Source: Catajapyx aquilonaris (lineage: Eukaryota). From it: DNA of 64,000 nt. The notes beneath the pieces are model-generated. The model worked only from the letters and a program-made list of their open reading frames with translations. It did no database searches and was not told where the DNA came from. This document shows positions 39,601 to 51,256 of this stretch, one piece after another. The position numbers and the translations under genes are program-made. The first letter of the stretch is position 1; the number at the start of each line of letters is the position of its first letter. The stretch is from positions 1-64,000 of the forward strand of contig KZ537987.1 of NCBI GenBank assembly GCA_000934665.2, in the 5' to 3' direction.

Positions 39601-41220
39601 CTGAAATATAATACGCTAAGCCTGTCATCTCCGTCCACCGGTGAAGAAGACGGAAGGATGCTTTACTTACCTCAAGGGCCTTCACCTGGGGGAGGCCATG
39701 AAAGGTGTGAAGAAATGGCATGCGGGTCGCGCATCTTCCGACTCAAAATTGTGACGACTGCACAACTTTTTTGTTGTTGTTGTTGGGTCCCTGAAAATAA
39801 ATCGCGGGTCGTAGCGTGCATTTGTGTTTGGCTGCTCTCATAGGACCATGAATATTAAAGCATCTGTATATAGGTAGAACGACTGAACGTGACGTGGAGA
39901 GCAGCGGTAATTTTTTCTTTGTCGACTAATTTTCTCTGACTGTTACACTGTACGTTTTTGAGCCATGATTGTTCTCTACTTACGCCATTGTCATGGATTA
40001 GGCCTATTAGGAAGTTGGGCCATGGCAATTTTCGTGTGTCTGCGCTCAAAAAGAGACCCTCGCAGCGTTTATGCAAGAGGAATATTCCGCCCAACCATAA
40101 CATGCTTTGCTTTTTCTTGCCCGGAATAAGAAGATTGTCAATTAATACGCTCGCTCGCTCCGCTCTTTCTGGACTTTATTAAATTAACATGGCGACTTTT
40201 CGGAGATTTAGCTAGTTGACGACCTCGCTGGAATTGTCTGGAAACATTATTTCGTAAAGGGATGGAAGTTGGGTGGAGGGTGTGGAGGGTGGAGAGGGAG
40301 GGAGGGGAGGGGGAGATTTAATGCGAGTTAGCCCTACATCTGCAACGGAGTGGAAGACTCCGCAGAATATGCTTCATGAATTTAGATGCTTTCATTGTCG
40401 GGTCCGTGATATTTCTCATGTGCACCTCTCTTCCTTTTCGCCAGCGGCAACTGCCATGTATTTTACCGCCTCACTTACTCCGACAGTGGTGCACAAGTGC
40501 GACTTAAGCTGGACCCATAAAGAAGTCCGGGGTTTTAATGCACGGAGCCAGGAAAAGGCAGGGGGTGTATTTTATTTGACTTTTTTTGTGGGGGGGNGTA
40601 GGGGAAGATTATGTATGCGATTCCCGGAGTTGCATGTGTTTATCGCACAGGCTTGATTGTCATGTGGATTTCAGATAGGCAAAGTGGGTTTCGTGTCGTC
40701 TGGCGTAAGTCGGAGGGGTATAAATTGGTGTGTAATAATTCATGTCGTTTCCTAATGGAGGGGTTTTGCTCTGTGCAGTGTGACCCAGTTGGCTTGTACT
40801 AGTTTGATAAATTGTTTTTTTTTTTCTTTTAGGAATTTCCCCGAATAAATGTGACCAACATGTTGTCACACCTGTAGCTACAATATATTTTAAAACTAAC
40901 CGCATCAGATGTTGTTGACGTTTGTTTGTTCATTTCATGTACTGTCACTATCCAAAAAAATGACATTTTCTCTGAATTTGAAACACGAATTTTTCATGAT
41001 TATCATGAATTTTTTATTTGTCCTAGTTTGATAAGACATTTCAAAGGAAATTTGCCGAATAAATATGGCCAACATGTCCCATCTGTAGCAACGATGTTTT
41101 TTTTTTTTTTAACTAACTGCTACCTATCTGTCCATTAGGAGCTATCGGACCGGTAATTTTGTTGGTGCAACCAGGCATGAGTATACTATATTGCCCTAAA
41201 CTGACAAGTGAATTTGAATA

Positions 41221-41541
41221 ATGAATTATTCAATGAAATTTCCAATGAATTTGGAACATGAATTATTCAATGAAATTTCCAATGAATTTGAAACATGAAT
41301 TATTCAATGAAATTTCCAATGAATTTGAAACATGAATTATTCAATGAAATTTCCAATGAATTTGAAACATGAATTATTCAATGAAATTTCCAATGAATTT
41401 GAAACATGAATTATTCCATGAAATTTCCAATGAATTTGAAACATGAATTATTCAATGAAATTTTCAATGAATTTGAAACATGAATTATTCAATGAAATTT
41501 TCAATGAATTTGAAACATGAATTATTATTCAATGAAATTTC
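41221..41541. repeat. 37-bp minisatellite, 8 full copies plus 1 partial
   Basis: Unit ATGAATTATTCAATGAAATTTCCAATGAATTTGAAAC starts at 41221, 41258, 41295, 41332, 41369, 41406, 41443, 41480 and 41517, with 0-1 differences per full unit. Confidence 0.97.
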
Positions 41542-43305
41542 TAGCCAATATGGCTCGTTCGCTTCTCTCATGGACTGCTTCTAGAACCTCTCTAATTACG
41601 TTGAGTGAACTTGAGCATTACTTTATGTACAAGCCTGCCCTCCAGTTAATGCCCTCTTCACCTGGCAAGTCACTCCCGCATGTGCCACCACCACGCTTAT
41701 TAGGTTAACTGCGGTCATTTTGGCACGTCGAACATTCTCCGGGCGCAATTTAGGAAATTCAGGCCTTCAGACACGTTTGGGTTCAGCAGGGGAAACGCTG
41801 CACTTTGCTCGCAACTTGCGGCTAAGTTACCGGGGGGGAAGGAGAAGAATTTTTTTATATATATCTTTGCCACCTCCTGGATCGATAGGGTGGGCGATAA
41901 TGATGAGGAAATAGTTATCACAAGAAGGGGGAACGGGGTGGGGTGGGGGGGGACCTTACTTCTCTTGGGTAGGAAATCCGTGCCTGTGTCGATCTCATTG
42001 ATCACTGTCATTCCGCATGCAAAGAGCCAGGGGGTCTGTGTGTGTATGACTTGGAAGAGATATGGATCTGCAACTCGGGCTGACACACGTAGAAAAGAGG
42101 GGGGGAAAAGGGTCACGAGAGATGGCTGGAAATTGCAGGAATGATAGGATAAGGATGATCGGTGTCCAACAAAAAAAGGCGGTGAGTTACGCTGATATTC
42201 AGCCAACCAGGAAACAAAACAAGTGTCAGCGTTTGTTATTTTTGGTTACAAAAAAAAAATGCGAACGCTGTGGTATCTGGTAATTGATTTGAGCGCCGTC
42301 AGCCGTGAACGACTGATAGCGGAATGCGGTGTGGAAATGTGCAAAAGTACGGGCCCATTGTTGGAAAAAAAATATTGCATAGTTGCGTATACTTTTCCGT
42401 TTTGTGGTGCAGTGATTCATATCCCGGGTTGAAGAAACATTGCTCATTTTTTTCCCCCCTTTCGGACTCAGCATGAACGCAGAATACTTATAAACGTGAA
42501 AGTTTTGTACATCGTATTTATCGATATTTTATTATATTATTTTGTGTAGTTTATTCGTAACGTTGGCATATCAGCCCATTTTCTTGTTGGATGCGAAGCA
42601 CTTGCTTTTGTCCCATGATTGTTGGAAAAGATTGGAGTAATTTGACAATGGCTTCCTTTTTTGCTATTTTTTCCCCCTTTTTTTCCTGGCCGCCCTTTTT
42701 GCATCGGCAGACTCGTTTCGGAAACTCCGTTTCAGACAGCCCCCCCCCCCCCATCCCCCTCCCCATAATTGTACCGAAAAGCTTCCGGTGGATGTCAGAT
42801 CCTAGGTTGGGTGAGATGCCTTTTGTGTCATGCCTAACGCTGCAGGAAGCGACTGTCGCCGAAATTTGCCCAAGAACCCTGTCATCATCATAACAATAAT
42901 GATACTGTAATATTCCTAGGCGTCTAACCTTCCGAGTAATGACAATGACCTCTGCTGGGGCCGATCGAGATTGAGTGTGTTTGCGTGGGTGTGGGTGCTG
43001 CCATACAAACTGTTACCTGGAATCCTGATTGCTTGTACGTGTTAGGTTGCAATGATTAGGTGTGTCTTAGGAGGTAACATAGCCTTTAATTGTATTGATC
43101 GTGCCGGCTGGTTCTAGCGGTCATGTTGGAGGCTTGATTGGCCCGCATTTACCTGCGATGAACCGAATTATTTTTTTTTCTAACAATTTGTGGAAAATAT
43201 TTGGTGCGCCGTAGGACTTTTCTGGGTGTGACAAGCGGGTCGACAGCCTGTTGTCAACATGTTGCTATTTGCACGTCGCTAAATGGGATTTGTTATCTTC
43301 CACAG

Positions 43306-43442
43306 GAGCAGAGCCACAAGTCATACCGACCGTTGTGCGTGCTCACATTTCGGTGGAACTACATGTTCCATCAGTTGGACCCCATGGGATACCACTTGGT
43401 CAACATGCTGCTGCATGGGGTTGTGTGCCTAATGTACTTCAG
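43306..43442 (+). CDS. Tmtc3: TMTC3-like coding exon 2 (EQSHKSYRPLCVLTFRWNYMFHQLDPMGYHLVNMLLHGVVCLMYF + AG; 137 nt, ends phase 2)
   Basis: Acceptor tgttatcttccacAG ends at 43305; donor AG|GTAAGG at 43443. Contains the family motifs SHKSYRPL and YHLVN.LLH and continues exon 1 in frame. Confidence 0.94.
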
Positions 43443-45302
43443 GTAAGGACCACCTACTTAAAGTGTGATGTACAACCTTGGAAAGGGGCTTCAGAATTAA
43501 TGATGTCATTGCATGATAACACGGTTGTCGTATTAAGGCAATCAGTGTAATTTGAGGTGACAGCCATAAGCGGGCGAGGGAGAGACACAGGGTGGGGGGT
43601 GGATGGGGGCAATGCAAATGACCCTCAAGCACGAATCAGTTAATTGATCAGCGTAGTGCACCCAACTAGCATTGATGCGAATTACTTGTGAGCTATATAC
43701 AGACCCAAGCTTCAGGCAGGAAGGTACCTGCTTTGTAATTTTCACCACATCCAAAGTGCCTGCTGCAATTATTTCCACTGTGCAGCCCCCCTGGTCAATT
43801 TTTTTTTTTCGTATGGAAGAGGACACAGTTCTAATTAGCGAACTGTGACATGTCACACAAAAAATATTACACTGAGCTCAAACCAGTAGGCTTCGAATTT
43901 CACGCTGATTGCAAAACGCGCTGTTTGAAAATACGGGTAAAGGGTAAATCATTACCCAGCTGTTGTCGTCCCCCCCTTTTTTACAGTTCCCAGCCCAATT
44001 TTTTTAACTGCGTCGGTAAATTTGGAGACATCTGTTCAAACGTCACGGTTTTAGTAACAAAAGTTGGAAAGGGCCGGTAGAGAGTGGGGCCCGGTTTTAT
44101 AGGTTTAAAAAAATGTTCTTATGGCCTGCTCGCACTTGTGGCTTAAGACGATGTCTCAGAAGCAATTTTGCCTCCAAGTTTCCAACAAAAGGGGGAGGGC
44201 GGCAAAACACAGCCGACCCCGAGGGCATTTATACGCGTTAAATCATCTTTTCGAATGGCTCCCGGAGCGATTTAATGTCGGAGCACTTGTATATGTACAC
44301 TTTATGGCCTGGTGCGAGAGAGGAAGTACAGGGTGCTGGCCTGGGCAGCACTCGCATTCGATTTTATGACCTTCTTTCAATGCCTGCTCCGCGAGTTGCT
44401 GCTGTAAACGATCATTTCCGATAAAACTTTGAAGCATGTGCCGCCTGTATATAATATACAGAACGTAATTAATACAAGCCTGAGTCACCCTGTGGGGACA
44501 CTTCAATCATACAACTTCAATCAGAAAATGACAGTACTCGCCGGAAGGAAACATCAGGTACACAATATCTTGCTTATTTCGCCGAGCTCCGGATGTTTTG
44601 CCGCATTTCAGAAGGGTTGTATTATAGTGCAGAGGCGGAATTACAGTCACTCCATATAATTACGAATTTAATTATGGCCTAGATACTGCGAAGGTATCTT
44701 TCATCATCTTGTTCTGCTGCAGATGTTCATCGTGTTGTATATACGCTTCTTACTGCGACGAATATGCTTAGCGTCGCAGGCACTTGAAAAATTGGGTGAC
44801 ACTATACCCTGCATTATTTGGTCGAGTGGCTTTTACTGTATGTAGATGAAATGGCCGGACATGAGGGTGGCTTGGACCATCTCTCCGTATAACTTGGATG
44901 AACAGTGAGGTGTGGAAAAAAAAACCCCGTCTTGTCTGCATCCTCTCCTCCTTTTTCTGCGGCATAAATTTGTGGTTTGAGACCTCCCCAAACCCTCTTC
45001 GCAAGGCAGCGACAGAGGTGCTGAGCTCGCGGTCGAGGGCACATGCCCGGCCAAAGCTGCCTGTAATCCAATGCAGGGAACTCATTTCATGCAGGGGCTC
45101 CCCGCTCTAGATTTATGATATCGTAAATTACGAAACAGCCTGCTGCTACTACATTTTATAACAGCCACTGATGTTTCAGGTTCGGTTTGATGTATGCCCG
45201 CGCTTGCGTCCGCACCAACCTCCCTAGGTATACGGAAATGGACCAAACACGGCAAAAAGGACCTCAGAGATAGATATGGTGCAGAGACCCCTGCATTTTA
45301 TA

Positions 45303-45340
45303 CAGGGTGCAACTCCCACATTTTTTAAAGGAACACCCTG
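45303..45340. mobile_element. 38-bp TA-flanked CAGGGTG...CACCCTG remnant (Tc1/mariner-like ends)
   Basis: TA-CAGGGTG-24 nt-CACCCTG-TA, the same terminal signature as the MITEs at 58281, 59987 and 62564. Confidence 0.45.
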
Positions 45341-48034
45341 TATTGTTCAGTCGGATTATTGTCGTGCTGTCCCTTAATCTGGATCGCGGTGGGGACAGAC
45401 GTCAGCCAAGCCTGGATATTGGACAAGTTTGATTTGTTGCGGACCGCTGGAGATGGTGCCAGTGTGGAAGGATTGGGATAATGGCCCACCACTAGGAGAG
45501 AGGTGTGACTTGTAGCAGAAAAAGTCTGAAACCTTGATTTATATCGGGTTGAGCCAAACGACATTTTTTTGCGACAAATTAAATGCGTAATTATTTAATG
45601 AATTGCGCCCACTTTTAGCAATTGATCGTGTCAAACTCGGGTCGATTCATGAAATTTCAAGTGCCAAGCCCAACCGAATGCGTCTCATTAAAATATCAGG
45701 GCCAAGTGGTCGCGACATAGGGAGCATAAGTCACGAACTAATACGAAGTAATGATTCTCATTTGGCTCCACCCTGTTTTTAATGCTCATTAGGGATGTCA
45801 CAGGGAGGCAATTACGACGCGGAGTCTATTAAAAATGGCAAGTTGTTAAGTTATTGCGGAAAAGGGCAGTTGGGAATTGGAGGTGGACACCAAAAAAAAA
45901 CGAGGCGTAATTACACCGTCAGTGGTTGTGTCAGTTTACGCTGTTTCAGACTGAAGATTATGTAACCTCTAATGGACCCAACATTGTGTCAATGTTTATC
46001 AAGCGGATGACGATGTCCGTGGGAGGGGAGAGGGGGACGGTGAACAATTCCTGCTATATAGGCTTTTATGAAGATAAAAGGCGCGCCCCCATAAATTTAT
46101 TGGATCTAAAATGATGCGAATCGAGCACGCCCCTACTGTCATCCGGGCTTAAAATTACGTCCAAAATCGCCAGATTTACATCCAGGCCAATCTTACCTGT
46201 ACTGTAGAACTTCATTAAATTGCTGACTCGAATAATTTTCGAAGCCCCTCTCTGGATAATTTGGATGAATCACCTCCCATCGTCAACCGACCCCGGAAAC
46301 ACCGCATGTCATGAAAATTTCCGACTGTCGCATAATTAGGAATTAGCTGTCATTTAAAGTAACGCTCATGTTCATCCAGTTCTTTATGCCATCAATATTT
46401 AATAACGGTAATAGCTGTCTGCTTTTTGGACACGGTGTGCGAAGCATTCGAACCCTGATTGTGAGTCACACAAATTATTAACATGTAATGTTAAAACGTG
46501 GACGTAAAAAATTTAATTTGCGTACTGCTTTTAGTGTTCAGTCAACAAGCTGTACGAGGCTAATGGTATTGTTCAATTTTTATTTTTCAGACAAAAAAAT
46601 CTGGTGTCAGGCGTAAAATAAAATGCTTATAATTTTTTAATGAATATTACCTGAAAAGCACAACTTATTTGTATGTGAGGGGTTGAATTTTGAAATTTTC
46701 AAGTATTTCTCTAGGATCTGCAATGTAGTGTATTTACGTGCATAAGCTTGACTTATTGGCCATTAGAAATTTCAATTTGAATACTACTGTATATTTAACA
46801 ATGTGAGAATTGAAACAATGTGACTCTGATCGTTAAAGCCTTCATATGAATTATCATTGCAGGCAGGATCGCTACGAATTATTTTCCCTTTTTAATTAGT
46901 CGGCGAGGTGAATTTTTTGTGGCTCGCAATGAGCTCACCTCCAGACCACATGACACATAATGTTGAATGCGTAATTAAGTTCAAATATATTTTTTTCTCC
47001 CCTAGACTAGATTAATCTGGATGCGGGCATAATTGATGGCCTGAAGTACTCATTACTAACTATTAAATTCAGCTCACTCTACAACCACTCGGAATCTTAC
47101 CCTTTGATCATTCTACGGCCACATATTTTTTGGGGTAGAATGCAACCTGAAAACAACTTTCATGTACGTACATATATTTTTATGGAGCCCGGGCAGGGTG
47201 TAAGTGAAGTGGGAAAGTCCCGGAAGTAATTTAGTTAGACATGGCGTAGTTGCCATGATTCACGGCACCCATTTCGTCCGCGTGTGACTCTAGGGAAGCA
47301 AAAGGGGAAATATATTGGCTGCTGCACATTACGTCGGCTGAAAGTAGAGGAGGAAAAGAAGAAGGGAAAAAAATCGGTCGAAGTAGGTTTCAACGGTGCG
47401 GAAGAATAAGAGAAGTCGGGTTTGGGCCTCGGGGTAAAAAAGTGCGGGTATTACAACTACCCCCCCCCCCCCNCCTCTGCCCCTGCAAACCTTCCTTTCT
47501 TCACCGAACAGAGATCAACATCTCAAAGGAGAAGAGTTCGACGAGTTCAGAATTTTTCTAAATGTCCAAGTTGGAGTTGTTAAGTTGTAATAGCCCTGGC
47601 TGAAGAGAGTTCCTCCCTCCCCCGCCTCCCCCCTCACTTTTTTTTTTTCGTCAACAGAATTTCAGCAGGGAAGGTCTTTTTTTTTCTTTCTTTCTTCTTT
47701 TCCTTCCTTTTCCTTTCCTTTTGGACCAAGTTGCAGCTGCGCCTCGCCAACTAAAGGCTCCCAAGTTGCCTCCGTTTCGTAGCTTTTATGTTGCTCCAAA
47801 CGTAAGCATCAACATTTTCAGTACATTCGTTCAGTCGGAGAAAGAAAAGAAGAAAATGGGGGAAGTGGGAGGAGGGGAAAGTTTTCCAATAATTTCCCCT
47901 GGCCGGAGAAAACGATTGGTTGGTACAAGGCAGGAAGGAGTTACGTTGCACTTGTAGGAAATACAATTAGAAAAAAAGGAATGTTGCCTGGTGGTAAGTT
48001 CATTGGTACACTGCCGATGTGTGATCGCTTAATG

Positions 48035-48196
48035 CAACGTTTCTCAGCCTTTTTATTCTAGGGAAACCCTTGAAATCAGAGTCATGTCTCAGGGAACCCC
48101 TATACATAAAATTATTATATGTCGATTAATGACTCACAAATACATTTAGCACTATTTCTCGTGGAACCGCTGACAACTGCTGGTTGAGCAACGCTG
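48035..48196. mobile_element. hAT (Charlie-like) non-autonomous element, 162 bp, diverged
   Basis: TIRs CAACGTTTCTCAGCC and GGTTGAGCAACGCTG; flanking 8-mers GCTTAATG and CCGTAATG (6/8 identical, central TA); internal GGAACCC-type subterminal motifs. Confidence 0.7.
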
Positions 48197-48454
48197 CCGT
48201 AATGAGACACATTGATAGACTAATTAATTTTGCCAAAAATTGAATCTAGAATTTAGTTTTAAAATTATAAACTAGCACAACAATACGGGGAGAAATTGTA
48301 CCGAGCAACTGCTGAAACTAGATGGCGTACGCTGCTCCACTTTAAATTCTATACTGGCACGACATGACGGGGGCGATTTAATACACAGGATTTGGAAACA
48401 TGGTAGTAGCTCTAGTGAAATACAATTTTCTGATCGAATTTCTTTCTCCAACAG

Positions 48455-48536
48455 GATGTGCTCGTTGTTTCTGCCGGAAGTGTCCAGTTTCGTCGGTGCC
48501 ATGCTTTTTGCCGTCCACCCAATACATACGGAAGCG
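48455..48536 (+). CDS. Tmtc3: TMTC3-like coding exon 3 (G + MCSLFLPEVSSFVGAMLFAVHPIHTEA; 82 nt, ends phase 0)
   Basis: Acceptor tttctttctccaacAG ends at 48454; donor GCG|GTAAGT at 48537. AG+G completes an Arg codon across the phase-2 intron. Contains the TMTC motif LFAVHPIHTEA(V). Too short to appear in the ORF track. Confidence 0.93.
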
Positions 48537-51107
48537 GTAAGTCACTCTCTTTTTTTCCTAAAAAAAAAAAACAAAGCCCAACCTTCTGAGCTGTATTGAT
48601 CACCAAGCCCGAGGAATGAGCAGTATTTGTGTAGGCCCACCGCAGCCCCCGTTGAGATTTTGGGAGGACGTTGGGTCGCAGCATCCGAATTGGGGTGGGG
48701 GTGGCAGTAAACGTCGACGAAGCTGGCGACATCGTTAATTAATCTTTATCAGACCTTCTTTTATGTGGCGATTACTCGTGGGCCGGAGAAGAGTCTCGCA
48801 TCGAGCCATAACCGCCCCATGGTGATGGCAAAGAACCGGAGGAAAAAAAGGCGCCATGTTAGGAACATGGCGGTAACTTTATAGCCTGGAAGAGTATTTC
48901 CAGGTTTATATGTTGGTTGCAGCCTCCCGATAAGACGGCGCAGAAAACATTGACCTAGCGACAGTTTTATTAATATTTGGTGTAACATGTATTTTCATAG
49001 CTTACGTACCCCCCACGTATGGACTGGTTCATAACAGAGTGTCACAGCATGGGACGTGTTTGTAAGCTGGGTAATCACGCCTGTCTCTCTTCAGGGGTGC
49101 GGGGTCTATCAGCATGGAATTAGAGTAAATTTTTATGCGCGTGCCAAAATTTTATTGCCATTTTTTTGAGCCTGGTAAGCTGTATGAACAACGAGGTTTT
49201 AGCGTTGGGTTGGAGGGCGGAAGCGTGCAATCTCCATTGCATTTTGGGTGGGGAGGCTATCAAATTACGCCGGAAAATAGATTACGGTATTAGTTTTGTA
49301 ACACGTAATTTGTAGGTAATGTTTCAAAAGGGGTGCGTGCGCATGATATTTTTGGTCTGCCATCTTTTTCTGGGGAGAAGACCTCAGCGAGTATTTCTGG
49401 GGGACTGCTCATTACCACTGCATAATGAACTCGTCCCCCTACTGATTTGCTAGGTGAAGGACAGCTTGTCCTCAGCCCGTCATAATAAAGCTTCCAATTT
49501 TCCATTCCGCCAGAAAACTAGCGGGGCCTTTTCTAAAAATACACTCTGATCAATATTGCAACCGGATAATCAGGAGCTTGTGTGTGTGTGAACGTAGTAC
49601 GATGTTGGGGGGGGGTGTATACCTACTGTAGGGGAAGCTAGCCTAGAAAGTGGGGTATACGGTGCAAAGGAAAGCCACATTTCACGTTGTCGAATGCAAG
49701 CAGCGAAATCAATGCCGCCTCATCCATTTTAATGTCGCTGCGAGATAAGGAACCATCTGTTTCGCTTTCGCATCGCATTCCAATTAAGATTTGGCTATTC
49801 TGCAGAAGCTTTTGCGGAGAATTCGCACGCTTATACTGGAACACAGCTCTCGTTTGGAACCAATTCACGTCGGCTGTCGTCTCTCTCCCTCAGTTTCCCT
49901 GATTCTGCATGATATGCAATCCCAGGGATTTATTTGCGACTGTTATTCGGCGGTAAATGTATGGATCTCCTGGAAGCTGAAAACTTTGGGGGTGTAAGCA
50001 GGTGGCGAGATTATTGAGCGCGCATGTGTCTGCGCAGGTGGCGTGGCTGGATGCGCGCGCATGTGTTATGAAAATGTGAACCCTTGTTATGGCTCAGTTT
50101 AATTGAAGGTTTCGAATAACAGGTGAAATATGCAAATAATGGCGTGGATGTACCCACCTGCATTATACATAGGAATATTCGCTTCCAATATGTTACTTGA
50201 CACCTGCGGTGCTTACAAGAGGGGTTTTCCCATCGTCGCCAGGAGATAAGGCGAAGTTTGATGAAAGCGAAATACCTGAGCTAACTGGGAGGCACGGGTT
50301 GTTACCTGGCACACAATTATAGGCGAAGCGTACTCGGAAATGGTGTGAGAATATCAGGGGAGCACAAACGCTGTTAGCATTAGGCAGGCACTGGTGTTAT
50401 GTTCTCATGAGCCTCTCATGCAGCTATACCAGGATTCGCAACTGATGCGGAAGCCATAATAAACAAAACAGGAGGCAGCTCTTGGCATCGATTGACTCAA
50501 AGTTTCGTGTCTTTGATGTGCTTCGATTAATAACCTCTTCCTGTTGACGGGGACGGGGCCCGGAAGCATTTTCTGCTTGGGAAAAGTGGGGGGGATGGAG
50601 GGGGAGAGATATGTTTTTCAAGCGAATGGCTACATTCAAATAGCTTACATAACGGGGGGTTGATTGGGGGTGGTGTACTGTACCTTTGCCTGGCAGTGTT
50701 TTCTCTTGTGAACGGAGCCCGAAGCCTTTTACATGTTGCGCACTGAGAGACCATGCAAATTTTGTGGTCTGCTGGGGATATACGCGAAACTTCAAAGGTA
50801 CAGTGCGAGAGGGCTTTCGTGAGAGGTATTTCCTGCAAGGCAGTCTTTGCAAAATGATCGTTTTAATAGAACGCACACTATGGGGTAGTCGAAAGAAAAG
50901 CTTGCTGCTGAAGCTATATATATATATACGTGGGGAATAAATGCACTTGATCGGTGTGGTGTATGCCCTCCAGTTATACCCAGCCATGTTTTAATATGTG
51001 ATATTAAATTACATAAGAGCTAATATTGAATTATTCATCTCGGCTGACTTCCAAATTTGTTGGAATCTGCCATAAGGGAAGGGAAATTCCTTTCTACCCC
51101 CCCCCCC

Positions 51108-51256
51108 NNNNNNNNNNNNNNNNNNNNNNNNNNNNNNNNNNNNNNNNNNNNNNNNNNNNNNNNNNNNNNNNNNNNNNNNNNNNNNNNNNNNNNNNNNNNN
51201 NNNNNNNNNNNNNNNNNNNNNNNNNNNNNNNNNNNNNNNNNNNNNNNNNNNNNNNN
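51108..51256. other. Assembly gap (149 N)
   Basis: N run inside a poly-C tract. Confidence 0.99.

Noticed and set aside
41221..41541. 37-bp repeats as a CRISPR array
   Set aside because: Units are head-to-tail with no spacers, there are no cas genes, and the context is a eukaryotic intron.
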